From positions 30,380,001-30,444,000 of the forward strand of contig OZ360237.1 in assembly GCA_977017645.1 (NCBI GenBank): a stretch of 64,000 nucleotides of DNA, read 5' to 3'. The position numbers were made by a program, and so were the translations under genes. The DNA comes from Torpedo marmorata. Lineage: Eukaryota. How positions within the stretch are numbered: the first letter of the stretch is position 1; every line of letters begins with the position of its first letter. The notes under the pieces were generated by a model. That model made no database searches. It saw only the letters and a list, made by a program, of their open reading frames with translations, and was not told where the DNA came from. Shown here piece after piece: positions 34,959 to 47,059 of this stretch.

Positions 34959-36636
34959 TGTATTTCTACCTTTGCTACATAAAAGACACTGTTTGACCTG
35001 CTGAGTTTCTCCAGCATTTGTGTTGTTTACTTCAGCCACGGTGTCTACAGATTTTTGTGTTTTACTAATAGAGCGGAAGGTTCTTTTGTACATTCTACAT
35101 GGTTTTGTCCAAAGATATATGATTTTTGGTTGAAAGTTAAAAACTTTTTAGATAAAGTATTGAACATTACACTTCCATTGGACCCTATGATAATTTTGTT
35201 TGGAGATATTAAAAGAATTAGTATTAAGATGAAATTAAATATGTATCAAATAGAATTTTTGCGAATGCTTTAGCTGTTTCTAAGAAGTGTATTGCTATTA
35301 CATGGAAATCTGATGTAGATTTAGGGTTAGAGAGATGGCATGCAGAACTTCGTTCATGTATACCACTTGAAAAAAAATTACTTATAATTTACGTAATAAA
35401 TACCATTTCTTTTTGAAAATATGGAGCCCATATATAAAAGCTGTTGGTTTAAGGATTTGAAGATCTCTGGACATCGGATCTGACTGGCGAATATATCCTC
35501 CAAAGTAAAATTAGTTTATAGTTGTACTTTTTAGATTGACATTCTCCTTACTCTATCTTTTTTAATTATTTCAGTAGATTAGTATGGGCTCCCCGTGCTT
35601 CCGGCGAGGTTGTCGGCTAGGTCGTACAGTGTTCTGTGCGACTCGACTGCACCTCATCGGTGAGCTGGTGTTAGTCAGGGGGGTGGGAGGGTTAGGGAGG
35701 GGAGGGAGGAAGGGGGGGTGAAAATGTATCACATGTATTTTGATAATTTTATATTTTAATTTATGTATTTTGTGATTTAAAATTTTAAATAAAATATATA
35801 TTTTTTTAAATTAAAAAAAGGCATTATGCATTTCGTAAGCTTGTATGCGTGCTGTCCACCCAGGAAATGACCGAAGTAATTAATTCAGATGGTTTTGTAG
35901 GGTGAGGTGATTAGTTTTAATTGTTTGTCTGGGATGTGCCTCTGCCTAGTAAACAGGCGGCTCTGTCTGGCCACAGCTCTGAAGCCAGTTTTTAGTGTGC
36001 TTACTAAAGACAAATCTGTGGTTCTTCTCTCATAACTGTCATTTCTGGATAGCATAGAAATACAAACTTCAACACCCCCACATGCACGTCAACCTTTTAT
36101 CCCCTCTATACTAATCATATTAGGACCTCATCCTTCTATGTTTTTTTAAGTGTATGTATGTGTGTGTATATATACCACTCAAACATTGTAAATGTATATG
36201 ATTCCATCACCACCTCTGGCAACATATTCCAGATTTCAACCGCTCTTTTTTTTAAAAAAAAAAGAGCCCTTCAGATCCCCTTCCTCTCATCTTACCCATG
36301 ATCCTTCCTCTCCTCTTAACCATGATGCTCTCCTGTTTTTTGATACTCCTGCCATGCGGAAAAAGATTTTGACTGTCTTCGCCTCTCATAATCTAGTGTA
36401 CTTTTATCAGGCCATCCCTCAGCCGCCTTCACTCCAGGAATACAAGCTGAACTTATCCAGTCTCTCCAAAGTTAGACTGCATCTTGCTGATAGAGTGCAT
36501 TACAGCTGGTGGAAGGGGGAAATGCATGATTAAGACAGTGTATGTAATTCTTATCAAATTGACAGTTGTCCTAGATTGTTCCGTACTTAAATGGTAATGT
36601 AGTTGTAGTTATTGGAAGGTGGTCGACTGCAATCCT

Positions 36637-36973
36637 TTTTTTTTTTTAAATATTTTATTTTAAGATTTTCAATTTTTTCACAATAATACAAAATAATGTA
36701 AGATATACATTAAACATCAGTTAAGTTCAATACATAGGAGTTTCGTATTACCGTGAATCTAACCCCATCTAACCCCACCCTTACTAAAACAACCCACCCT
36801 CCACCCTTCCCGTCCCTTACCCCTTCCCCATACTAGAACTAAAAGAGAAAAGAGAAGGGAAAAGCACAATTGAAAATATATCTATACACATCCATGGCTC
36901 GATGTAAGAGATTCAGCAATGTTCGTTCTTCAAATTTAAACTTAGGAGAGTCAGCGGGGTCCGGGATGCAGGG
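36637..36973 (-). mobile_element. Short 5'-truncated L1 family A copy (3' UTR only)
   Basis: Reverse complement of about 16370-16690. 16-bp TSD GGTCGACTGCAATCCT at 36621-36636 and 36974-36989. Confidence 0.93.
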
Positions 36974-37088
36974 GGTCGACTGCAATCCTGACTTGTCTTG
37001 AACAACCCTTATTGTTTTGTTCTCAAGTTTTATCAATTTTATTTTGTTTGATTATTCTACCTTCCATTTCCTATCTACATAGGAAATA

Positions 37089-37365
37089 GGGCAGCAGGGT
37101 TAGCGTAGCGTTTAGCGTAACGCTATTACAGCGCCAGCGACCCGGGTTCGAATCTGGCATTGTCTGTAAGGAGTTTGTACATTCTCCCCGTATCTGCGTG
37201 GGTTTCCACTGGGTGCTCCAGTTTCCTCCCACTCTTCAAAACGTACCAGAATCATAGGTTAATTGGGGTATTTAGGCGGCACGGGCTTGTGGGCCGGAAG
37301 GGTTCGTTACCACGGTACCATAAATTTGTATGTTCAAATGTAAAATTTAAAAAATTAAATTAAAA
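37089..37365 (+). mobile_element. tRNA-derived V-SINE (HE1-like)
   Basis: tRNA-like head with B box GGGTTCGAATC, then the V-domain GGAGTTTGTACATTCTCCCCGTATCTGCGTGGGTTTCC..GGGTGCTCCAGTTTCCTCCCA. Confidence 0.85.
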
Positions 37366-37367
37366 TA

Positions 37368-37796
37368 CAGTAAAACCCCTGGTATCTGGCAGCTCACAGC
37401 ACATAATAGCCTGAATATGACTGGGGTTGTCTGATCTTGGAAGCTAAGCAGGCACAGGACTGGTCAGTGACCACCTAGGAACACCAGGTGCTGTAGGTTT
37501 CTGTGAGGGGCGCTGGACAAAAGTAGCGATCCTCTGTCTTGCCTTACAGTAGACAAAAATTAAAGAATTTCATATATGTTACATTCTAAATGTAGTATTA
37601 CGTGACAATAATGGAACTTTTACCTTTACTTATGGGGATGCCGGATAAGGGAATTTTCCAGTTGCTTGAGATTGCGTGATTGGCGAACGAACAGCGAGGC
37701 GTGCCAGTTTTAAACTTCGTATTTTTTACCTATTTATTTTCCACGATTTTTTTTTTTGCTGGTTGCTTGAATTCCAAATAAAATGGGTGTTTACTG
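37368..37796. mobile_element. Tc1/mariner-type MITE (CAGTAAAACCCC family) interrupted by a 5S SINE
   Basis: TA|CAGTAAAACCCCTGG ... GTGTTTACTG|TA. Confidence 0.8.
37395..37630 (+). mobile_element. 5S rRNA-derived SINE
   Basis: Same head and tail as 7064-7306, with a ~12-nt deletion in box C. Confidence 0.9.
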
Positions 37797-37879
37797 TATA
37801 TGGGATCTGTCAAATTTGCATTCGTGCTCTGGATCTAATGTTGATGATTGTGGAAGCATAGTTGTGGCAGGTGAGATTT

Positions 37880-39960
37880 TTGCATCTTTTGTTAGCCACT
37901 GGTGGGATGCCAGAAGACTGGAGGATAGCTGATGTTGTTCGCTTATTCAAAAAGGGAAGTCATAATGAGTCTGGAAACTGCAGACTGCTGAGCCTTGCAT
38001 CATTGGTAGGAAAGTTGCTGAAAATTTTGAAGGACAGGATTTGTGTTCACTTGGAAAGGAAGGGATTGCCCAGGAAAGATCGGCATGATTTTGTGCAGGG
38101 GAGATCATGCCTCTCAAACCTATTTTTTTTTTCCACAAATAACCAAGAAAATTTGAAGACAATGCAGTGCATACAACATGCATGGACTTCAATAAAGCTT
38201 TCTTTTTTTTTTGACAAAGTCCTGCGCAGCAAAACTGTTAAGTCACAAGGGATCTGAGGGTGTGTTGACAACTGGATCCAGATTGTGTGATAGCTTCACC
38301 AAATACCTGCACTCTATTTGTGAGTCTAAACGAGTTTCCTTCAGCCAACCATTTTAACTTCCCACAGCAACATGTCTGTTCTTGGCCTCACCCATCGTCA
38401 AGGTGATGCCAAACATAAACTTCAGGAACAGCATATTATTCCTCCTGGACAGCCTTAAACCAAATGCTGTGAGCATTGATTTTTCTAATTTTAGGTAAAT
38501 CACCCCCATCTGATTCCACGGTTTCCATAGTTTCTTTACCTACTCCTGAAATTATTTTTTCTCCTCTCTCACGCTCATCCCCACTTCATTAATGGTCTCT
38601 CACTGTACCTGCCTCTCCACTTCTCATACCTTTTCTCCTATCACCTGTGGGCCCCCTCCTCCAGCCTCTTTACTTCTTTATACAAGTAATATCACCCCCT
38701 TCCCTCTTGTTGTGAATGTTGTCTGACATGCTGAGTTCCTCCAGCAATTTTTGTCTACTCAAGATTCCAGCATCTGCAGATTTTGTTTCTCTGTTTCTGA
38801 ATCCAGAATTGGCTTGGGTAGTGGTGTATAGATTTTTCTCTGACTGTACTAAGCGGTGTACCAAAGAATTGGTGCAGGGACTTCTGTTGTTTCTAATATA
38901 TATAAATGAATAGGCGGCACGGTTGGCGTAGCGGTTAACGCAACGCCAGCGACCGGGGTTCGAATCCCGCGCTGTCTGTGAGTTTGTATGTTCTCCCCGT
39001 GTCTGCATGGGTTTTCCCCAGGGGCTCTGGTTTCCTCCCACCGTTCGAAATGTACCGAGGGTCGTAGGTTAATTGGGTGTAAATTGGGCGGCATGGGCTC
39101 ATGGACTGAAATGGCCTGTTACCGTGCTGTATGTCTAAATTTTTTAAAAAAAGAATGAGAATCTAGGTGGTCTAATTAAATTTGCAGGTGACATTATAAT
39201 TGGTAGAGTTGTAGATAGTGAAAAAGGTTGTCTAAGGATACAGTGGGACATGAATCACCTGGAACATTGGGCAGAATGATGGCAGATTAAATTTAACCCA
39301 GAAAAGTGTGAGGTGATGCACTTTGGGAGGACAAATTCTAGAAGGATATGTTGAGTAAACGGCAGGAGAGTTGATGCATAGGGTGAATGTGGTGCAATCT
39401 ATAGCTTGCTGAAAGTGTTGACATAAGTGATAGGGAGTGCCTTGGGTCAGGGCATTTACAACAAGAATTCGGACATCTTATTGCAGCTGTAAAATAGATT
39501 GGTTGAACCACATTTGGAATGCTGTTCTAGTCACCACACTATAATAAGGACTTGGATGCAACGGAGCGTGCAGAAGAGATTTGCCAGGCTGTTGCCTGGG
39601 ATAGAGGGCTCCAGTTATTGAGTTTATTCTCAATGGAACATGGTAGACTGAGCAGTGATCTTTGTAGAAGTTTTACTATCTGTGCCCCTCATAATTTTAT
39701 AATCTCTTTCACATGGCAGCAGAGTCCAGAACACTATTTAAGTGAGAGGGGAGAAATTTAAAGGTGATCTGAAGGATATGTTTTTCCACACACAGGATGG
39801 TGGTTATTTGAAATGAGCAGCAAGAAGGGGTGATTAATGTTTAAAAGACATTTGAACGTGTACTGAGATAGGAAAGGTATAGAAGGATATGGGCATAATG
39901 ATGTCAAATGGGATTGGTGTAAATGGGCATCCGTGATCTGAATCGACATTACCACACTGT
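37880..39960 (+). mobile_element. Degenerate CR1 LINE RT fragments with nested PLE fragment (about 38290-38790) and V-SINE
   Basis: PEDWRIADV..LFKKG, HDFVQGRSCLSNL, KFAGD, WQ..FNPEKCEVMHFG-like motifs. Confidence 0.7.
38913..39150 (+). mobile_element. tRNA-derived V-SINE
   Basis: GGCGGCACGGTTGGCGTAGCGG...GGGGTTCGAATCCC, V-domain core, A-rich tail. Confidence 0.85.
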
Positions 39961-40099
39961 GACTGAGATTAGTTACATTCTACAACATGCCCAACAGCAG
40001 CTTTGGCAGAGTTGAAGTACAGAAAAGATTGAAAATTTAGTGGCATAGTGTCCAGATCACCTCTCTTTCAACGTCGAAAAAATGACGAAGATAATCCTT

Positions 40100-40620
40100 G
40101 GTTATAGGAGATGCAGCAGAGTCCACACCTCTGTCCACATTAATAGTGCTGAAGTCAAAAGAGTAACTGAGGAATAAATATGTCCAATGACCTGACCTGG
40201 GACAGGTAAATCAACGCGACAATCAAGAAAGCCCATCAATGCCTCAACTTTCTTGGAAGACTAAGGAAGTTCGGCATGTTTCTCCCCTCCAACTTTCCCT
40301 GTCCCTCAACAACTTCTACAGGTGCATACTTGATGCATCACAGCGTGGTATGGGAACTGCTCTGCTCAAGGTTGAAAGGAACTACGAAAGAAGGTAGTGA
40401 TTGCAACTCAGAACATCACAAAAACTTTCTTCCATAAACTCGATCTTCCTATTAGATAGGAAAGGCAGCCAACATACTGAAAGACCCATCACACTCCAGA
40501 CACACTCTTCCATTGGAGAAGGGTTTAAGAATGCAAAAGCACACACCAAGAATCTAAAAACAGTTTCTTTCCTGAAGCCATCAGGCTCCTGAATGAACCC
40601 CATAAGTGTTCTCTTGCTGT
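40100..40620 (+). mobile_element. Degenerate Rex-Babar RT 3' fragment
   Basis: AAGAAAGCCCATCAATGCCTC..CTT..GAAGACTAAGGAAGTTCGGCATG and TGCATCACAGCGTGGTATGGGAACTGC parallel the Rex RT C-terminus at 9800-10200. Confidence 0.6.
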
Positions 40621-41387
40621 CCTTCCATGGTGCTAATTAATCTTGCTTTTCATTGTAATCCTCTACTCTAAATTGTGCTGCAAACGCAGATATGTATAAT
40701 GCTAAATATGACCTGTTGGTCTAGTTTAGAAGAATCCTTTTCACTGCACTGCATATTTTGTTTTAAATGAACGACCTTAAAACTTGCTCTCCACATGAAG
40801 ATTGCTACTATTCAAGAAGTCGCATAATACATTTTTGTGTATTTCTTTTTGTGTTGTGCACATGCTATCCACTAAAAATTAAGTGCTGCTAAAAACAAAG
40901 GTGCCTGTTAATGAAGTTATTTGAGGGCCCATTTCTTAAATTCAGTACCACACAAACCCAAGGTACTGGGTAATACCTCGAACTCTTGTCAGTTGCAAAG
41001 CATACAAAAGATTTGGCTCTACTTATTGTTGGGTTATCTACATGGCAATTGAAATTTGTAAAAATTGCATTAGCCACTGGACCAGAAGGGTTGTGTAAGG
41101 TTGTTGGGGTGTTTGTGGTGGTTGTGAGTAATTTCTGAGTTGGTTCCTGAAGATCAGGTGTCTCAGGGGATGGGTAAGACTCGTGCTCAGTAGGATAGGG
41201 AATCATTGGCTAGTGTACTAGTGAGGGCAGAGGTATTGGGAGAGACGTGGGGAGTTGTTGTTGAAGGTCAACCTTTGGTAGCAAGTGTCCACCTTTTAAG
41301 GGGTTGCATAGCATATAGAAATATCAGCTGATTAGAGGGTGGGTAAGAAGTTGACTTCTCCCACATTGCTGCCACACCATGGAAGTA

Positions 41388-41595
41388 CAGTAAAACCCCC
41401 GGTATCTGGCACCTTTGGGGACTGGTAGCTGCTGGATAAGGGAATTTTCCAGTTGCTTGAGATTGTGTGTTGCGTGAATTGGCGAACTAACGATGAGATG
41501 CGCTAATTTTAAATTAGCTTTTTTTTAACCTACCGGTATTTATTTTCCGTGATTGTTTTGCCAGTTCTTGAATTCCTGATAATGGGTTTTTACTG
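41388..41595. mobile_element. Tc1/mariner-type MITE (CAGTAAAACCCC family)
   Basis: TA|CAGTAAAACCCCCGG ... GGGTTTTTACTG|TA. Confidence 0.82.
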
Positions 41596-43659
41596 TAGTT
41601 GGATTCGTCAGGCTCAAGCAACATTTTGAAACTTTACCAGGTGATGCAAGTCAGCTTGCAAGAGCAGCTGCTGAAGAAAAAGCTTTTAATCTTTAAAAAG
41701 AGGCCTTGTTTCTTTGCCTTGAATGATCCCTCGTGTTGTTCAGTCTCTTGAACAGATATCCCTGTGGACATATTTGACTGGCCATTATAAACCAATTCAT
41801 GGGGTCGAGGCAGAATGCCAGGTGAGCAGCTTCCTGTAGGTTCTCTGGAGGATCTGACGTGCTGGCTCAGCCATTTCTGTGAAGAAAAGGTGGGACAATG
41901 GAGAATGTTCACAACTGCCAGGAATTACATCAGAATTAATAGAATCTGCAGAAATTACTGGGAATTGGGAGAGTCTGAAAATATACAATTAGGTTTTGCT
42001 CACCTCCTTCAACATCTCCTCTGTCTCCCTCTGGTTCCACTTCAGAATCAGAATTTATTGTCATGAACAAGTCATGAAATTCGGTGTTTTGCGGCAGCAT
42101 CACAGTGCAAACATTCATATTATTTCCATCTTACGACATTGTTGTCCTTCTGTCAAAAGAGATAGTCCTGTGATGTAGTTATTTTCCCTCTGACAGTAAT
42201 GCCATATCTCCCACATTCTAATGGAAAGACTTGGACTATTCATGAGTCTTTGATCAAGATATTCTATAATATTAGTTGACATATTCCTACGCTTTAAGGA
42301 CCTGCAGAAAAATTGAAATTCTGCTGCTTTAATGTTGTTTCATGCATTACAGCATTTCAAATAGTTGTGAAGTGTGCATAGCATTTGGGGAGAAAATTAT
42401 GACCTGGGGAGGCTGACATCATGCTAACGTGTGAATAAGTGGCATGTGGTTCGGACGAGTGAATATTTTTTTTGAGAACCTCACAAGCAGTTATGTTTCC
42501 CCTCCTCGTGAGGCCTTTAAATTCCTTTCAGTCAAGTTCTTTGGTGCCACTGGAGTAGAAAGCTTGGCTTGTGTTAAAAGAGTCCAATACCTTTCATCAA
42601 TGGCAATGATGTGTAGCATCTCTTAAAGACCTACATCGGTTATACAGTTGTCTCTTCATCTGAATGTCTCACTGTAGTGAGATGCTATCTCACTTGGGTT
42701 CTGTACCGATTTTGATGGAAATTGTTGTGGGACAAAGATGCTTAACGCAAATTATTGATAAAAGTGTTTAGTTTAAAGTTTAGTCTCATCTTTCATACTT
42801 TTACTTTTATCAACTGATTAAAACCCTACATTCAGCTGCCTCGAACTCCCCATCGATGGCGCAGTATCATCTGTCTCCGGCTGCCTTTTATACAGTTTTC
42901 ACTTGTTCAAACACAATTGTATCAATCCTATCCTGCACCTGGCAATTGGCACCATCATGTCTACTCTTATACCACTAAATCACAACTTTTACATTTGCCC
43001 CGAAATAGCAACCTTTATATTTTGTATGCAAATACTGTCCTTGTCTATGTACAAAACTACTCAAGTCACAAACACTCAGTCACAAAACTATTCTTGAATT
43101 CTACACCTTGACCTTCTTCGTGTTTCTTTACAATAGTTTTTCCATGTATTTAACGTGGACAAGTAGATTTAGTACATCTGGGATCTATACAACTGTTGCT
43201 GATATTTTGCAGCATTTGGAGGTGAGGCATTTGAAAAGAGGTAAGATCTTCCCTTCCTAGATTACCACATGACTACAAATGTGTGTTGTCCCATAATCGG
43301 TAGCATCACGATCTGGTATGGGAACACCAATACCTCTGAGCGTAAAGCCCTCCAAAAGGTAGTGAACACAGCCTAGGACATCACAGGCAAAACCCTCCCC
43401 ACTATCGAGAATATTTACAGGGAATGCTGCCGTCAGAGAGCAGCAGCAATCATCAAGGATCCACACTGTCCAGCACACACTCTGTTCTCACTGCTGCCAT
43501 CAGGAAAGAGGTAGAGGTGGCACAAGTCTCGCACCACCAGGTTCAGGAACAGCTGCTACCCCTCCACCATCAGACTCCTCAACAACAAACTCGATCAGGG
43601 ACTCATTTGAGGACTCTTTACTTTTGCACTTTATTGATTTTTTAAAATTCTCTCTGTAC

Positions 43660-43877
43660 CAATAGCCTGAATACGACAGGGATTATCTGATCTCGGAAGC
43701 TAAGCAGGCACAGGACTGGACCGCCTTAGGAACACCAGGTGCTGTACATTTCTGTGAGGGGCGCTGGACAAAGTAGCGACCCTCTGTCTGCCTTACGGTA
43801 GACAAAAATTAAAAAGAAATTCATGTATGTTACATTCTAAATGTAGTATTACGTGACAATAATGGAACCTTTACCTT
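43660..43877 (+). mobile_element. 5S rRNA-derived SINE
   Basis: Same family as 7064 and 37395, TGTAC direct repeat on both flanks, ~18-nt internal deletion across box C. Confidence 0.9.
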
Positions 43878-43965
43878 TGTACAGTTAGTTTGTTTACATT
43901 TCTTTATCTGTTTTCATGTGTACGTTGTGTACTTTTTTTTGCACTACCAATAAGTGGTAATTCTG

Positions 43966-44135
43966 AAGTAAAACACGAAAATCTGTAGACAGCATGGTTG
44001 AAGTCAAAACACAATGCTGGAGAAACTCAGCAGGTATAGTAAAGGTAAAAATACATAACTGACGTTTCGGGCTTGAGCCCTTCATCAAGGTATGGAAAAA
44101 TGTTGGCAGGTGTCCGAACAAAAGAGTCGGGGGGC
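43966..44135 (-). mobile_element. Short PLE pLTR-derived insertion with hammerhead motif
   Basis: Matches the pLTR at 33218-33410. 8-bp TSD TAATTCTG at 43958 and 44136. Confidence 0.85.
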
Positions 44136-44744
44136 TAATTCTGCCTCGCCCACATGAAAAAGAATCTCAAGATTGTATGTGATGTCATGTATATACTCTG
44201 ACAATAAATAAATAAATACATAGATAAATAATTTGTTAATATTAGTGTGGTTAGTCCACTCATCCTCATTTTTTTTATTGGTAACAAACGTTTGAAGAAC
44301 AGTTGAATTTGTAGGGATGATGCTATCCCAGCCCTAAACTGCGTTGCATGGTAACATTCATCCACTGTACCATAAATTCAATGCTAAACATTTTCATGTA
44401 CTTTATCATTAGTTGTCCTGGGCCTCCCCACAAACAGTGTATCCCATCACAAATAAAATAGTATAATTTTCCACTATACATTTTTCTCATGTCTTGAGAG
44501 GTAAAGGAATCTTGCATCTTTCCCCATTGCCACTGTAACATTTTGGATGTATGCTTCAACTGGTGTAGGTAGTCATCAATAGTCCATTCTTGTCCCGATA
44601 CACATATGTACCACATTGATGGCATAGATGTACCACATTGTCTTCATCTGGGGCTTTTATTCATGGGTACCTGCAAAGATGAGATCGAACATATTTTATG
44701 CTATTATCAACTTATTCTTGTAGTATAACAGAGGGGTAGCAACT

Positions 44745-45330
44745 GATTCAGAAGGTGGAGATGCATGGGATCCAAGGTGAGTTGATTGCTTGTGTGTGAA
44801 ATTGGCTGACCCACAGAAGAGGATAGTGTGGAAACATGTTATTTGGGCTGGAGGTTTGTGATCGGAGGTATTCTGCAGGGATCAGTGTTGAGATCCCTGT
44901 TGTTTGTGATGTAAAGAAATGACGGATGAAAATGTAGGATGGTGTGTTAGTAAGTTTGCAGATGATACATAGGTTGGTGGAGTTGTGGGCAGTGTAGTGG
45001 GCGATGAAGGAATACAACATATTAATCGTTTACAATTATGGGTAGAGAAATGGCAGATGGAGTTTAATCTGGACAAATGTGAGGTGATGCATTTTGGAAG
45101 CTCAAATGTGAGGGTAATGTATACAATTAATGGCAGGAACCTTAAAAGCATTGATGTGCAGACTGATCTGAGGGTCCAGGTCAAAACTCTGAGAAGCTGG
45201 CCATGCAAGTAGATATGGTGGTAAAGAAGGCACATGATATATTTGGCTTTATTGGCCTGGGCATTAAGTATAAAAGTAAGGAAATCATGTTGCTGCTATT
45301 TAACCTTTGCATGTTGGAGATCAATTTGGA
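44745..45330 (+). mobile_element. Degenerate CR1 RT fragment
   Basis: QGSVL, SKFADDT, WVEKWQMEFNLDKCEVMHFG. Confidence 0.8.
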
Positions 45331-45399
45331 GATGATTTGGTTCATTTGTCATATCAGAATCTGGAAGGACTTCTAAAACGGGGATTTATACAAATAGTT

Positions 45400-45702
45400 T
45401 ACCTAAAGGAGACGGGGGGGAAGGAAAGACAGGAGGACAGAGCTACAGGAAAGTAGACATAGGGAGGGAGGGGTCCTCTTCCCCATATCCAATCATCACT
45501 TTTTGTCTGTTGGTCTGTACTCCTCCCCCTGCCATTTCTTTTATTCAGATGCTGCCTGCTTTTTCCATACCTTGAAGAAGGGCTCAGGCCCAAAATGTAG
45601 GTAATATATCTTTACCTCCTATGGATTCTGCAAGACCTGCTGTTCCTCCAACATTTCTGTGTTTTTACTACAATCACAGTATCTGCAGACTTTCGTGTTT
45701 CA
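45400..45702. mobile_element. PLE-derived pLTR fragment (antisense then sense piece)
   Basis: CCATACCTTGAAGAAGGGCTCAGGCCC...CAGTATCTGCAGACTTTCGTGTTT. Confidence 0.7.
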
Positions 45703-46217
45703 CCCCCTCCAATGACAATGTCCATATCAACAAACCACCACAGTGCAGTCACCTGGTAAGTGAATGAAAAGAACTATGCAGTCAAATGAGTGGGAATGGT
45801 GTTCTGTACAAGATAAACAAATAAAAAAGAGATCCAGAACAGATATCTGGAAAAGCTGGGAGTGGATTGGGCACAGTCAAGAACGTTGGGTCAATTTGTC
45901 GCAATGGGTGCTTTCAATGGTCCATAAAGCTTTCGAGCACCCACTTTAGAATAGCACAATTCTACTCAGCAGGCAGCAATGAAAATTTGTATGTTTTGGT
46001 TGGAGCCCACGCCCACCAACCAATCTGATCAAAACTAGCTACTGCATGGAAAATCAACCCCACTACATCATCAAGAAAACGCAGCCAAGTTGTCATACCT
46101 TTGCTTCTCAAGATTTGACATCAATCCAAAGGCTGTGCAGAATAACAGCAATAAATCTTCTCCATTGCTTCCTTTTGGCTGTGGAATTTTATCCCAGTGT
46201 TGTTATTTATGTTTTTC

Positions 46218-46950
46218 TAGAACCATAGAAAACTACAGCACAGAAAACAGGCCATTCGGCCCTTCTAGTCTGTGCTGAAACATCATTCCGCGAGTCCCAC
46301 TGACCTGCACCCATTCCATAACCCTCTAGACCTCTCCCATCCATGTATCTATCCAATTTATTTTTAAAACTTAAGAGTGAGCCCGCATTTACCACGTCAG
46401 ATGGCAGCTCGTTCCAAACTCCCACCACTCTCTGAAGAAGTTCCCACTAATGTTCCCCCTAAACCTTTCAACTTTCACCCGAAAGCCATGTCCTCTCGTA
46501 TTTATCTCTCCTAATCTTAAGTGGAAAGAGCCTACTCGCATTTACTCTGTCTATACCCCTCATAATTTTGTAAACCTCTATAAAATCTCCCCTCATTCTA
46601 ATACGTTCCAAGGAATAAAGTCCTAACCTGTTTAATCTTTCCCTGTAACTCAACTCCTGAAGACCCGGCAACATCCTAGTAAATCTTCTCTGCACTCTTT
46701 CGATCTTACTGATATCCTTCCGGTAGTTTGGCGACCGGAACTGCACACAATACTTCAAATATGGCCTCACCAATGTCTTTTACAACCTCACCATAACATC
46801 CCAACTCCTGTACTATCTTATCTCTCAGAACTCCTTCCAATAATTTACCTACTACTGACGTCAGGCTCACCGGCCTATAATTACCTGGTTTATTTTTGGA
46901 GCCTTTTTTAAACAGCGGGACAACATGAGTTATCCTCCGGCACCTCACCC
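46218..46950 (-). mobile_element. CR1 LINE 3' end (internally deleted)
   Basis: PLFKKG..PGNYRPVSLTSVVGK, VRPYLKYCVQF, LERIRMRGDFIEVYKIM, then a CR1 3' tail ending TTCTATGGTTCTA. Confidence 0.88.
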
Positions 46951-47059
46951 GTGGTTATTGTTGCAGTAAGTCAAAAAGTGCAGAGTATAGTGTTACGAGG
47001 ACGAAGTGCAGAATATGGAGAAAAGTGCAGTTAAACAGTTCAGCGGCATCATTTTTTAA

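Larger units (their letters stand above)
29496..35065 (-). mobile_element. Penelope-like element insertion: full unit + 5'-truncated tandem unit + tRNA + inverted pLTR
   Basis: 14-bp TSD TAATAGAG(A/C)GGAAG at 29482-29495 and 35066-35079. RT and GIY-YIG on the minus strand, repeated pLTR, terminal inverted pLTR piece at 34877-35065. Confidence 0.93.
27152..35815 (+). mobile_element. 5'-truncated L1 family B copy (ORF2 pseudogene), interrupted by a PLE at 29496-35065
   Basis: 16-bp TSD AAAAGGCATTATGCAT at 27136-27151 and 35816-35831. RT motifs in ORF pieces 27150-29490. The ORF2 C-terminus resumes at about 35066. Confidence 0.93.
43300..44215 (+). mobile_element. Rex-Babar 3' end with nested 5S SINE and nested PLE fragment
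   Basis: Homologous to the minus-strand Rex at 52897-53420. Ends TGACAATAAA(TAAA)n. Confidence 0.8.

Noticed and set aside
41940-42030. Candidate third BBOX1 exon (contains a YW dipeptide)
   Set aside because: No similarity beyond YW. The region looks like a decayed minus-strand LINE RT fragment.
42470-42700. Possible mariner transposase C-terminal remnant on the minus strand (QAFYSSGTKEL)
   Set aside because: Too short and degenerate to support without a search.
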